Shown here: positions 1 through 13,835 of the stretch, piece after piece
How positions within the stretch are numbered: position 1 is the first letter of the stretch
Layout: each line of letters opens with the position of its first letter
Assembly: GCF_009914755.1 (NCBI RefSeq)
Contig: NC_060940.1
Source of the DNA: the human T2T-CHM13v2.0 reference genome, Homo sapiens
Direction: 5' to 3' (one strand)
Length of the DNA stretch: 64,000 nucleotides
Made by a program: the position numbers and the translations under genes
The notes under the pieces: model-generated
What the model was told of the DNA's origin: nothing
Seen by the model: the letters and a program-made list of their open reading frames with translations, nothing else
Databases searched by the model: none

Positions 1-830
1 CACTGGAAGGCAGGGAGGGATTGACAATGCGGCAAAAACACACGCCAGGTCATTTTTGTGAGGGACAGGCACTACTGAGAAAACCACACGATGTAGGCAC
101 AGGTGGCTGTCAGGGAGGGCTTCTTGGAGGAAGTGATCTTTTTGTCTGGGTCTGATGGATGAGATGGAGTTCACGAGCGAAGATCTAGGGTGGAGGAATT
201 CCAGGAATAGCAACTAAAACGGTCCCGCAGCAGGAATGGGCATTGCGTGGACACTACCGGTGGTGCTGGAGCTGGGAGGGAGGTGGGGGCTGCAGAGAAG
301 CAGGCAGGGCCAGCCCACCAAGGAGAAAGCCTTCAACGGGTGGGGCGGGTGGCGTGGACACTAGGACCTCGCCACGTGGCTGCCTCGAGCCAGAGCACTG
401 TGGGGAGGACCCTCCCTTCTGCATCGCCGGTGCCACAGTGGGAGGAAGGTTTATCCACCGAAGTCCAGGCCGGCCCATCCCCATCCCGCCCCTTCCTGGT
501 GCTGCTCCAGCTCCAGAGCCTGCAGCTCCCCAGTCAGCACTTGGGGGTCAGACCCTGGCCCAGGCCACGTTTGCCCCCACGGCCCCAGGATGCCCGGTCC
601 TTGCCTCCCTGGAAAGCCCAACCCTCTGCCCGCCCCTCGGCCAGCAGAGCCTTTCACGGAACTGGAGGACACCTGGCTGAGCTGCCTGGAAGGTCTGCAG
701 CTCACAGCCTGAGGGGACGCCTGGAGCTGGCTCAGCACAAAACAGGATGTGCCTGATGCTGAGTTCGCAAAACTGCGCATGAGCACGGGCGGCTGAGAGC
801 AGCAGGAGGACCGGGGCCGTGCAGGGGGGC

Positions 831-1426
831 GGTCAGGGACCCCTCGGGTCAGCCTTGGGGCCGTTCCGGGGGGTGTTCAGGGACCCCTCGGGTCAGCCTT
901 GGGGCCGTTCTGGGGGGTGGTCAGGGACCCCTCGGGTCAGCCTTGGGGCCGTTCCAGGGGGGTGGTCAGGGACCCCCTCGGGTCAGCCTTGGGGCCGTTC
1001 CGGGGGGTGGTCAGGGACCCCTCGGGTCAGCCTTGGGGCCGTTCTGGGGGGTGGTCAGGGACCCCTCGGGTCAGCCTTGGGGCCGTTCTGGGGGGTGGTC
1101 AGGGACCCCTCGGGTCAGCCTTGGGGCCGTTCCAGGGGGGTGGTCAGGGACCCCTCGGGTCAGCCTTGGGGCCGTTCCGGGGGGTGGTCAGGGACCCCTC
1201 GGGTCAGCCTTGGGGCCGTTCCAGGGGGGTGGTCAGGGACCCCCTCGGGTCAGCCTTGGGGCCGTTCCGGGGGGTGGTCAGGGACCCCTCGGGTCAGCCT
1301 TGGGGCCGTTCTGGGGGGTGGTCAGGGACCCCTCGGGTCAGCCTTGGGGCCGTTCTGGGGGGTGGTCAGGGACCCCTCGGGTCAGCCTTGGGGCCGTTCT
1401 GGGGGGTGGTCAGGGACCCCTCGGGT
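831..1426. repeat. Minisatellite, 44-45 bp unit, ~13.5 copies
   Basis: Unit GGTCAGGGACCCCTCGGGTCAGCCTTGGGGCCGTTC(C/T)GGGGGGT; copies start at 831, 875, 919, 964 ... 1408. Confidence 0.97.
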
Positions 1427-2954
1427 GGGTCTTAGGGACCGTGCAGGAAGACAGTCAGGGACAAGCGATGGCTTGGTACCCTCCGTAGCCCGAAGCCGGC
1501 CGGCAGGGAGCTCTGGGCAGCTGTCCACAGACCTGGGGGAGCCCTGTCCTAAATGGACAGCGGGGTCCCCGCCAGGCCCAGCTCCCGCCTCTCCCAGGCC
1601 TGGGGGCAGTGGGCAGTTGGCCACTTCAGCCGCTTTGCTGTGGTCCAGGCAGGCGGGGACCCTCAGGGCCCCAGCGGGGCATCAGGGTGTTCGGGAGGCG
1701 GCGCCGGCTGTGAGTGGGGCCCTGGGCCGGCGGTGGCGGGGGCGCCGGTTTTCTCGGCATTAAGCCTGGCTCCGCTCTGCCGGCTGTGGAATTCCTGGTC
1801 TGATCCGTCTCCAGATTGGCCCTGGAAGAAATTGGGGGAGAATCGATTTGTGCCACGTTCTAGCAGCACGGCCTCATCATGACAGACGCCAGGCAACCAC
1901 GGGCAGGGAGCCCCCCGCCCTCCTCCTGGGACCCCTGGGCTCCTCGCTCCCCTGCCCCACCCCCTTCCCGCCCCCACGCCCCTGGCCGGCCTGCTGGCGC
2001 CTGGGAAGGGGAAGAGGGGGTTGCCGCTTGCCGGGAGTCACGCGGCACTGCCCAGAAGCTCAGCGGGGTCTCCCGGGCGGCACTGCCCAGAAGCTCATCC
2101 TGCCCCATGCGGCCCAGAAACGAGAGTGTCCCCAGCACAGGGACACCCGCCCGGGGCCGCCTGGGGGGCCGAGGTGGGGCCAGGACAGCTCCGGGCCTCT
2201 TCCTCTCCCTTGGCCTCCTTGCTCCAAGGCTCCTCTGGGAGCCCAGGGAGGAGAGGGAGAGGCCTCAGGAGGGCTTCCCGGAGGAGGTGGCCCTGAGCTG
2301 GTGCTGGAGGAAGCCCTCACGTGGCCCGGAGCCTGGTTCCGGCATCGGTAAATTACACGTCCCTTTCCGGCGCCCAGTGGCGTCAGGCACTGCCTGTGGC
2401 TCCGCGAGGGGCGTCCGCGCGTCGTCGGGCTGAGTGTTCTCAGTCACCTAGAGCTGCACCCCCTAACACCGGCTTCCCCAAGCCCCCGGACAGCCCCACA
2501 GCTGGCATGGTGCTCACAGCCCCGAGCGGAGCCGCCAGCCCCAGGTGGCCTCTTTGGCCTCCCAGGCCCAGGGCTGGGTGGGGCCGGGAGGAGCCTGGAG
2601 GGGCGGGGTTCGCTTTCAGAGCCAAGGCTTCCGGCCTCTCCCGGCCACTGGACTGTGGGTGCCCTGCGTAGACCCTGCCCTGCCAGGCAGCTGGGAGGCA
2701 CAGAAGCCTCTCCAGGGAGGGACAGAGGGGCCTGGGCGGGCCAGGGCGTCCGCACTGCAGGCGAGGGCTGGGCCTCAGCTTCCTCGTCTGCTAAGTGGGG
2801 CCCCCTGGGCTCTGGTCAGCCTCCCAAGGCTCCTCACCACCTCCGGGAAGCCGCCTGGATTGCTCTGCTCAGAATGGAAAGTGAGGGCCAGAGCCAGGGA
2901 CTGCAGCCTGAAGGCGCCTGTGCTCCCTGCTCAGCCCTGCCCGCTTGGCCGTGG

Positions 2955-4272
2955 CCGTGGCTGGGGCTGCAGCTTCACAGCTGTGCTGAGGGGCCCCGCC
3001 GACGGTGGGGTCCAGACCTGGTCCCACCCAGATGTGGCAGCGCTGAGGCCTGGGGAGTGGCTGGAAGCTCACACAGGGCCAGAGAGGAGCCGCCACGGCC
3101 GGCGCTGGGTCCAGAGTGCTGCTGGCCGGCCCTCCACAGACACAGTCCGTGCTCCACCCTGGCCCTGTGCCCCTGTAGGCACCGAGCTGCCGAAGGCTGG
3201 GCCGCTGCCGCCATGACGATTTCGCATCCACCCTGCTCTGGGGGCCCAGGGAGCGCCAGGCCCAGCCGAGCTTCATTCTGACACAGACCCTGTGGTGGGG
3301 GCCGAGTTTTTGTCACCTCCTGATGACAGCGAGGGACACAGCACTAACCGGGACAGCCTCTTGCTCAGGGGAGCAGCTGCACCAGCACCGAAGCCCAGGC
3401 CGGGTGGGGAGGGAGGGGCACGGCCTGCCCTCCAGGTGCTCCCGGTCTGCTGGGGACGTGGGAGGAGTGTCCTGGCCCTGGGCCCCATCGTGAATGAAAG
3501 GGGTCCAGCGTCTTGTTGCCGGGCCGTCCAGCCAGCTGTTCGTACCTAACACTGCTGCAGGGAGGGGTCCTGGGGACTTGGCATCTGCCTCTACGTGTGT
3601 TCCCAGCCGGCAAGCGGGGTCCCCCGCCTTTGCCAGAGCGGGCTGCCCAGGGCCCCGGGCGGCCACTCTGCACCACTCGGGGTGGGGTGGGGTGGGGTGG
3701 GTCTCGGGCAGGGGCCGGAAGAGGGGCTGCTGGGACCCAGCTAGCTGAGGAGGGCGGCTCGGGGAGGGCTGGGTGGCCCAGGGGAGCCGGGAGGGCAGGC
3801 GTGTGCTGGGCGTAGTTCCAGCTTGTGACTGGGCTCTGAGAGGAGTGACCATGGAGGGGTGGCCCTTGTTATCCTCTCAGCTGCTAACAGGTTCTGCCAC
3901 CCACTCCTGGCCACAGATGGGGAGACTGAGGCACACAGCAGGGCCGTCAGCAGCGCGAGGCTGCAGGCAGCCAGTGGTGTGGAGGTTACCCAGGAGTCAC
4001 CCAGCACGGCGGGGTGGTAGGTTCGGGCCGCCCCAGCGTGAACTCTCCCGCTCCCGCCCTGCTCCTGGGCCCGTGGTCTGGCTCTTCCTGCTTCCTCCAC
4101 CTCCAGGAAGCCACCAGGATTGCTGTGCTCTGAACCAGCCCTCCGTGCCCAGCCCAGCCACTGCTCAGCCACAGCGATGCCACATCCGAGTGCAGCCAGA
4201 CCCTGGCCTGGGGCCCGTGGTGGGCAGGGGCCGCCTCACCACAGCTGTCCAGGCTGCAGCCCCCAGCCACGG
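2955..4272. repeat. Old inverted duplication: arms 2955-3064 and 4154-4272
   Basis: ccgtggctggggctgcagc...cagctgtg.tgagg...gatgtggca.cgctg.ggc...agtggctgg is shared in opposite orientation, roughly 70% identical. Confidence 0.7.
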
Positions 4273-5079
4273 CGGAGCAGGCGGGGCTGGGACCGGAGAA
4301 TAGACGCCTTCATGCCACAGCCCCTGGCTCTGGGCTGTGCCTGGGCCCCACCCTGGCCCCCGTGCTCCCCCCACCGTGCCCGCGGTGCCCTCCTCCGCCC
4401 GCGCGGCTGGTGGCAGGGCCTCCCCGTGTGGGACCGGGCAGCCACCTGCTGCCCACAGCCACAGCCGCACAATGGGCCCTTGTGAGCCGGCGGGCAGCGG
4501 GTGGCGGGCAGCGCCTCTCGGCCCACCCCGGGCTCAGAGCCCCACTGTGTGAGGCGGCTGCCCTGACTGAGGATCACGGAGCCGGCCAGGCTGGCCCCAC
4601 CCACCCTCAGCCACAGGGACGGTGGCTGCTGCCCCCACCCTCTGTGGTTCCTGCCCCGGCCTCCCCTTGGGAGAGGGTGGTCTGCCTGCCTGAGGGTGGG
4701 GGTTTTCCAGAGCAGGAGTTCCGTGCCAGAGGCCACCTCCCTAGGGTGTCTCGGGCAGCCTGAGGCTGAGCGGTGGCTGGTCTGGGGGTCCAGGAGCCAC
4801 TGTCCCCTCCAGGCCTCCACATGGCCAGGGTGTGGCAGGAAGTGCGTTGCAAATGCTCAAGCCATCCCAGGCACTGTCCTGCTCCAGGGAGAACTGAGCT
4901 GCCCCAGAGCTGGGCAGGAGAGATGGGGCCTCTTTCCCGGGGAAGCTCAGTGCATCGGGGAGGCCCTGTCCGTGGGACAGCGAAGGCATAGAGAAGCCAA
5001 GCTGAGCAGTGGGACAGGCGGGAGAGCCAAGTGCCTGGATCCAGCCATGCCTGAAGCCATCCCTCAAATTCATGACTGA

Positions 5080-5381
<302 letters not shown>

Positions 5382-8300
5382 CGTGGGTTTTAGTTGAATG
5401 GGGACACTGGTGTTTGTGTGGTTCACCTCAGAGGCCCTCGAGGTTTTGTGTGGACCCTGGGTGGGAGGCGCTCAGGGAGAGCTCAGAGGCGACCTCCTTC
5501 CCGCCCCTGCTCCTGGGCGCCCAGGCTTGTGTGGCACAGGTCAAGCCTCGGGGCACTCTGGCCTGGCAGAGTCTCTGCCCACTGTGGGGCCACTCAGGCA
5601 GTGGCTCCTCCACGGGGACCAAAGACAGGGCCCTCTCCCATCAGGGCAGCGTGTCCGGCCTGTGCCGCGGCTAGGGGCTCCTGGAAGACGCCTTTGAGCA
5701 GCGGGACCCGCTGGGGTGTCTGGGCAGGGGTTTGCCCCTCGTCCAGCTCTCCGGCACACGGTTCTTGACCTCGAGGCCCCAGCTGACCACGGCCTCACAG
5801 GCCCCAAGGATGGCTCCAGGGCAGCTGGGGGAGGGGCCACACTGACTTCTCCCACCCCACCTCCTCCCTCTGTCTCTGGCTGTGCCCTGAACCCTGAGTA
5901 GCAAAGGTGGCTCAGTGACAATTCCAGACGGGGCGTTTCCTTCAAGGGGAAGGTGGGAACACTCACCCCTAGGTTGGGGGGCCTGGGGCCCTGTGCAGGG
6001 TGAGAAGTCACCTGTGGATGGTGACACAGGCCCCATGACCAGGTCCCTTTGGTGGGTGGAGGGCAGATCCCTGAGCTCAGGGGTGCAGTTCTCCTAGTGG
6101 GGGTCCCTGGGGAGCAGCTCCTGCCCTGCCCCCCTTAAAAACCATGCCCCCAGCCAGGTCCCATCCAGGGTGGGAGAGCAGCCCCGCCCTGCCTCCCCAG
6201 CTGCGCTCCCTCCCAGCTGTTCCAGGCGCACTCCGAGTCCCCAGGGCCTGTGCAAAGCCAAGGATTTCCTCGGAGCCGGAGCCGGCGCAGCTGCAAGCAC
6301 ACGTCGGGGGAGGGGCCGGGCAGCAGAGGAGGCGGAGTCCCGCACTCACAGGGGCGGGCTGGGCGGGGCTGGGCCGGGGAGGCGGGCTGGGGCCACAGGA
6401 TCCTCCTGCCCCTCTGCCTGGGAACCTGCTTCTGGGGCTGAGGGGTGGGGCGGAACTGCGGGACACAGGGCTGGTGCCCCAGGTGGGCCGTGGGTGCGGG
6501 CAGTGCCGAGGGTGGACGGGGCCTGCACGTGGACACTTCCTGAACGCGTGTGTCCGGCCCTGGACTGCAGGCCCAGGTCAGAAGGTGGGGCCTGAGGAGC
6601 CGGGAGCCCATCCCCACCCCCGGGGCTCAGCAGCCTCAGGCAGTTACCCTTGGTCCACACCGCCTGGGGCTCGGTGCCCTCGGAGTTCTCAGGGCAGGCC
6701 GCAGCTGCTGCTGTCTTACGAGACAAAGGGGGCAGCTCCATTGTGTTCCCCGATGAACCCTCACCCCTGGGAGAGTCAACAGAGCCAGAGATGCCCGGGC
6801 CACCCCGCCCTCCTCGGCCGCCTGCTGCACCGCTGCCAGCCTGGGTCCTCCGAATGTACCAGGTCCCAGAAGCCCCGCCATCCACTCTGCCGGCCTCACA
6901 GAGCCTCTGCTCGGCCCTGGGGACCTGGGCAGGGGCAAGGCCGGGCCGATCCGGGGCTGCTCAGCAGGGGAGAGAGGGACACCAAGTGCCCCCAGGATCA
7001 GCGCAGCGCCCAGTGTCCTGAGTGTGACTCACAGGGTCACCGCCAGGCTACACGAAGTTAAGGACCCCTGCCCTGGAGGTCACAGAGCCAGCACTGGGGG
7101 GTGGCCCTGGCTGCTGGTTTCAGGACCCACTTGGATGGTGCTTGGGCAGCATGGCGCTGGGCTGGCAGGTGGGGGACCCTGAGACAGGGACGGTCCCATC
7201 CTGGGCCCCTCAGACCCATGAATGCAACACTCCGGCCCGCCCCTCCTGCCCTGCACGGCTTGCGACTCCCACAGACCTGCCCTGTGGACCTGGGCCAAGT
7301 CCAGCCCCAGGGGCCGCTGGGAGACACTGTGGTCAGTGGGGCGGGGGGCTCAGGCACTTGTCCCCAGATCTCCGGCCACCTCAAGTGACAGGAAGGGGGG
7401 CCAGTGAGGACATGAACAGTGGCCGCCCCCACCCTCAAGGGCTGGCCTCACTGCCCCTTCATCTCTGCCTGGCCCAGCAGCTCTGGGAGCAGCCACCCTG
7501 CAGCCCATGCGTGTGGGGACCCTGCCGTGCCCTGAGCTGTCGAAGCAGCCTCCCACTGGGTGCTGTGCTGGGCCCCTGTCCCCATCCTGCAGGGAGGAAG
7601 CACAGCTGGGGGAGTGGCCCCCCGAGGGCCCCTGGGAGCTCAGATCCTACCCCTGGAGGCAGCCCTGGGGAGGCCCGGTGGAGACTCTGCTCTTCTGCTG
7701 AAGCTGCTGCTGAAGAGTGACAGGCCTGCCCAGCGCCGGGGGAGACCCGGGACTCTCAGAGGGAGTGCAGGACAGGGCAGGGCAGGGCAGGGCCATGATT
7801 CCCGGTGACGGCCAGGCTGCCATGGGCCGAACTGCCATCTCTGGGCCTGCGGGCAGGCGCTCAGCTCCCCAGGCCTCATTTTCCTCACCTAAGGAATGGG
7901 ACACGCACACCTTCGCCCCCGGGTTGGTGCAGAGAACAGGACGGTGCCTCCGAGCAGTGCCTTCAACGCCGTCTGGGGCCTGGGAACGCACCAGGACTTG
8001 ATAAATAAACACCAGCTCTCAACACCTCGCCCTCTGCAAGGAGAAGGCCAGGAACGTCCCGTTTAGAGAGAAGGCGAGTCCACGAGCAGCAGACAGTCGG
8101 TGCTTAACAGGTGCTCGCTCTTCTTCAGAGCCTTAGGGTGCCAGCTGGCCAGAGTGAGCCTCGCTGACCAGGGAGCTGTGGCAGCCAGCCGGGGGTCGGC
8201 CCCTGGGGCAGGTGGGATGCCTGTGGGGCCGGCGTAGGCTCAGGCTTTGTCTGGGAGTGCCCTGCCCCGAGCACTGGCCTGGACACCTGAGCTGAGCCTC

Positions 8301-9589
8301 AGACAGGCGTTTCGGGGCCGACCCGGCAGGAGCAGCCGCTATCCCCGGGCAGCTGAGCCCAGCAGCGAGGGCTGGTAGAACGATCTAGACGAAACACTGA
8401 ACTTAATAGCAAAACCACTTCTTTCGAGGGAAAACACGATCCGCAGCCAGCCGGCGTGTACACATGGGGCCTGGAAAAGAAGAGAATTCCGGAGACACAA
8501 ACGGCCCTACGCGTCGCCGCCTCGGCCCGGCTGCTAAGTTATTAAACTCCTGCACAGGGAAAAGCGATAAAGTAAACATCCACCTCTCCCGTCGCTCTCA
8601 GAAGTGAAAGGTTCCTGAGATGGGAAATGCAGACGGCCTGCAGAGTGCTCCATCCAAATAAAATCATCAGATGCTTGAAGACCCTGGGAGAAATGGGCCC
8701 AGATGAATCACCTGCGCAAAGCCACTTAGCACTTCGCAGGGGCCCCGAAGCCCGGTGTCGGCAAGGTGTCCGTCGCTGGAGCAGGGGTGGCTGATGGATC
8801 TGGTGCGGGGTGGGCGGGAGGAGTCGCAGACTCAGATGTAGGAGGTTTGGTGGGGCCACTGATTCACGTCTGGCCCGGGGCTCTGTCCCTGGGGTCGGGA
8901 GGGGACCAGGCTGGGGAAGTTGGGGAGGGGGTTTCTCCCTTCTCTTTCCCAGCTGCCAGGCCGTCAGTGGGAGACACAGGTCTTGGGGACCAGGCCCTGC
9001 AACCCCTTCTGATCCCGACGTCTGAGACTGGCCTGGTGCTGGCTCTGAGGCCCCTGTGCAACCTCAGCTCGGGCTGGCTGCGGAGGACCTTTGAGGGTTT
9101 CCCGGCAAGGCCTTCTCCCTCTCAGCTGGCCATGGCACATAGGACCCCACTCCTCCGTATGCCCAGGGCAGGCATCGCTAATCGAGCCCTGCACTCCCTC
9201 CAACCCTTTGCATCAGGGCCCACCAGGCCCACCCACTTCTGTGCCCAGACCACCTGGCCGATGGGCGGCCCTGCCCCAGGAGGAACAGGGGTCTTCCTGC
9301 TTCCCCAGAGCTCCCGCTCTGGGTCCTGCATCCACGTCTCGGATGTGCCGCCCTCCCCACACCTGGGAGCCACGCCGACCCCCTCTGCGCTTTCCTGGGG
9401 AGACACCTCTCTGCACCAGAGATCGGCCCCCCGGGGTCTGGGCGTGGGGGCGGGGATTTGGATGTTGGGGGTGCAGAGGCCATGGCCTCGTCATCTTCTC
9501 TGACTCTGCCATGAGAGCATGACCAGGGCCTGTTGGCCCCCTGGGCCCTGACATCCCCGGGCCCGGCACCTCCCTGGAAGCCCTACCCA

Positions 9590-10109
<520 letters not shown>

Positions 10110-11961
10110 TTACCCCTGGCAGGTCCCCCGGAGCCTGGCCCCTCCACCATGGGGCGGGGGCTCCAGTTACTTCCCTGGGGGAGTCCCTAACCTGAGGTCT
10201 CCTGTGCCGGGGTCTAGTCAGGGTGGGGGCTGCACCCCATCCCTGGAGCAGGTATGCTGGGCCCTGATAGCAAGCTGGGGAGGGTTCCAGGGCCAGAGGA
10301 GGACTCAGGGGCTGAAGGCAGTGATGGGTCCAGCAGGCAGCAGGGAGGGCAGGGCAGGGGAGGGGTGTCAAGGCCCATAAGCGAGAGGAGGCAGGAGGGA
10401 GGACATGGTACCCACAGCTGTGGTGGAGGAGGGAGGGTGTCCACAAGGTGGGTCCCCAGTTTGGAGTCTCAGGCACCCTCCGCTGTGGCCACCGACTGCT
10501 GGGGAATTGATCAGCCTCATAGCATGGCATGGAGTTGGGCCAGGCAGGGCTGGATGCCCGCCAGGGGCACTGCAGGTGGGCTACCAGGGGCTGGCCTGGG
10601 GTTCAGCTGTCACCCAGCTGACACGGGATCACCAATGGCTGCCATGGCTCAGGCATCCCTCTCCTGCCACGCTGGGGACACTGTGACACAGGCTCTCAGG
10701 TCAGTGAGGACAGTGTGGGTGTCGGAGCCTGGAGGGAGGGGAGTGGCATCGGGGAGGCCCCCGCCGAGCCTGGACGGTGGGGCAGGTGGAAGGGTGTGTG
10801 CCCGGCCGTGCACTTTGGGTCTGGTGAGCGTGGCCGAGGGGCACAGCTGCTCTTGGTCGGGGCTGCAGTGAGTGCTCAGCCCACTTGGCCACAGGCTGGC
10901 CACCAGGGACTTGGCGTCTGCTACCCACAGGACTGAGGACTCCAACAGCAGTCCCAGCCCAGGCCCCGAAAAGTTGAGCAGAGAAGGGCAGGAGGCCCCC
11001 GTATCCCTGGGACCCATCCTTGGCAGGCTGGGTTGGGCTGTGGGGGACACACCTGCTCTGGGGGATGTGGGAGGGGGGCGCTTCCGGGCCTGCAGCTGTT
11101 GGCCCCGAGGACAGACGCAGCCTCCTCAGCAACAGCTGGGCCGGAGGCTCGGGAGCCAAGAGAGACCAGAGCCCAGGCCAGCCCGGCCCCCACCAGGGAT
11201 CAGTTACCTCGGCTACAGATGCCAGCAGGGGGGACTTTCAGGGGGTGGGCACCAGGCTGGGGTGGGCAGCTGGGGTGGGCCGGGGCTGCAGTGCTCTCCC
11301 ACCCAGCCTTGGGCACAGGACGAGCCAGCCCCCACCTCTGTCCACTCAGCACTCCGCAGGGGCTGCTGTCTTGCTGAGTGCAGGACGCTGACCCCAGGAT
11401 GTCACCATCTGATGCTGCCCAGGCTCTCCCCTCAGAATACCTGCTTAGTGACCACAGCCACCCCAGCCCCTCCCACTGACCCCAGGCAGAGCAAGGGGCC
11501 CCACCTGCACCCAGCAGGTGCAGACTGGGCAGGGCAGGGTCCCAGGAGGGTGCATGCTTGGGGAGCCCCCGCACGCAGACAGTGGGGGGCCAGGGAGGAG
11601 CCACGTGCTGGGCACAAGGCAGTTTCCGCAGGCCCCTTGCTGGGTCTGTCTCAGCACGGAGGGACCGGCAGCACACAGTAGGTGCTCAGCAAATGCCGGG
11701 GGGCGGGGATAAGCGAGCACCCACGGGGGGAAGCACTGGCTGCGGTTTCGCCACCTGCCTTGGCAGCACCCCCACCTAGGCCCTGGATGGGCGGCGACCA
11801 CCGCCTCTCTGCTCCTGGGGCTCTGACTCCCAGCATCCGGCAGCCGGGGACCCGGCCTCCCCCAAGGCCTGGGAGCAGCCAAGTGGCCAGGTATCAAGTG
11901 GCAAACTCAGGCCAGGGTTGGGTGCCGGCTTGGAGGGCCCCTGTGGCAGCTGAGCCCCGCT

Positions 11962-12058
11962 CCTCCTGGTCCTGCCCACCCTCCTGGTGCTGCCCACCCT
12001 CCTGGCCTGCACACCCTCCTGGCCTGCACACCCTCCTGGCCTGCACACCCTCCTGGCC
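11962..12058. repeat. 17-bp tandem repeat, ~5-6 copies
   Basis: CCTCCTGGCCTGCACAC units. Confidence 0.88.
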
Positions 12059-13835
12059 TACCCAGGCTGCCACTGGCCCGAGGGTCCCATTGAGGATGAG
12101 CCGGAGATGGACACTGAGGGGGTTGACGGGCCTGGGGCAGGCTGGCCGGGGCAGGGGGGCTGGGCCTGTCCAGCGGCCGCCTGCCCTCAGAAGAATGACA
12201 CCCTGCTTTCTCCCCTGCCCGAGGAGGTGGGGTGAGGGTCAGACCCCAGCACCCATGTCTCTGTTTTTCTTTCTCCTGAAAAGCCTGCAGACCCTCATCT
12301 GAATTGCTCCAGCAGAGCCCAGGCGGGGTACCACCCCCACCCACACACACAAAGGGCTGAGACAGTGCAGCCTGGCGTGTGAGCAGCCCTGGTGTCTCCA
12401 GGCTGGGGTGCTGTCCGCCTGCCCACCTGGCCACGGTCCCCAACAGCCGGTTCAGCAAAGGACAGGCAGACCCTACGGGCCAAGGATGCGCTGGCCTGGC
12501 CGGTGCGGGGCCAGGCGGGCAGCTTGCCAGGATTTGGGGATTTTGAGCCAGCTGCTGCAGCAGGTGTGGCCGGCCCAGCCAGGCAAGTCCTGCTGCCGGG
12601 AGGGTCGCCCACCAGCTGCTGGAGGGTGTGGGGCGGCCGGGCTGGCCACTCGCCGGCAGCAAAGCCAGCAGAGAGTGGGTGGGGCTGGGGGAGGCGGGAG
12701 GGTCCCAGTCCCACCCCCAGGGTCCAGCTTCCCTGGGCCCTGCAGCCAGGCCAGGAAGGTCAGCTGGGCTGGTTCTGGGCCCTAGGTCTTAGCCTGGAAA
12801 CCAGGGGTTTCAATCTTGGCATGAGAAAGCCCTCGCCACAGGGCAGGAGGAGCCCCACATAGAACCCCCAACCCCTGTCCTTGGGCCTGAGCCTGGCAGG
12901 ACTGGACGCCGGACACCGGCGCTGCTGGGAGCCTTGAGAACTGCACGTGTGCCCCCCAGTGGCCAGCGCCGGCCGTGCTCCGCCTGATTCTTCAGGCCCT
13001 GATGCGGGGTCCTGGGGCTCAGGGAGCCGAGGCCCGGGGTGGGGGCTGCACGGTGGTGTGGTCCTCTCAGATTGCAGGATCAGAGGGCAGTTCTGAAAGT
13101 CTCCTTGGTCAGGGAGCTGGTTTGCAGAGCTGAAGGGGAGGAGGGGGCCAGGAGGTTGCTTGCGGCCGTGGTCCTGAAAATCAGGCCCTGCCAAGGGTCT
13201 CTGAGGGCCAGCTGGGGAGGGAAGGGCACACAGTGTGTTCAGAGCAGGACCCCAGGGCGCTCGGGCTCAGCGCTTCTGGGGACAGAGGGAGATGGAGCAG
13301 AGGGGCCTCAGGGAGGCCCGCCCCGTGGTGGTATAAGAGCCACTGCGAACACCCTGCTTTGGTGAGGCTGCGCCCCAGGTGTTAACAGCCACACCCCAGC
13401 ACACCAGGTGCAAGCCACTCTCCATAGGCCCCAGCCTGTTACAGGAACCCTAAGCTCCAGGCCGGGAAGGAATGGGCAGGGCTGCCGTAGGGACTGTGGC
13501 CTTGCGGGACGAGGGTTTGTCAGGGGTGCTCAGGGGACAGCGGGCCGGGACGTACTGGGGCTGCTGTAGGGACTGTGGCCTTGTGGGGTGAGGGTTGGTC
13601 GGGGTGCTGGGGCTGCTGTTGGGTGGCCAGGCCCTACCTGAGAGCCTGGCCATGGGACCCAAGGTCAGAGGGTGGCCGAGCTGAGGGTTGCCTGCTTTGG
13701 GGGGGTCCCTGGCCCCAAACCCATCTACCTGGGGGGCGGCACTGGGGCAGGTCCCCAAGGGCAGACAGGGGAGTGACCTGGTAAAGGCAGCCCTGTGTTG
13801 CCCCTCCTCTCCCGTCCATGCCACGCACACCCCAA

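Noticed and set aside
819-1763. Repetitive Gly/Pro/Trp ORFs
   Set aside because: Translations of the 44-bp minisatellite.
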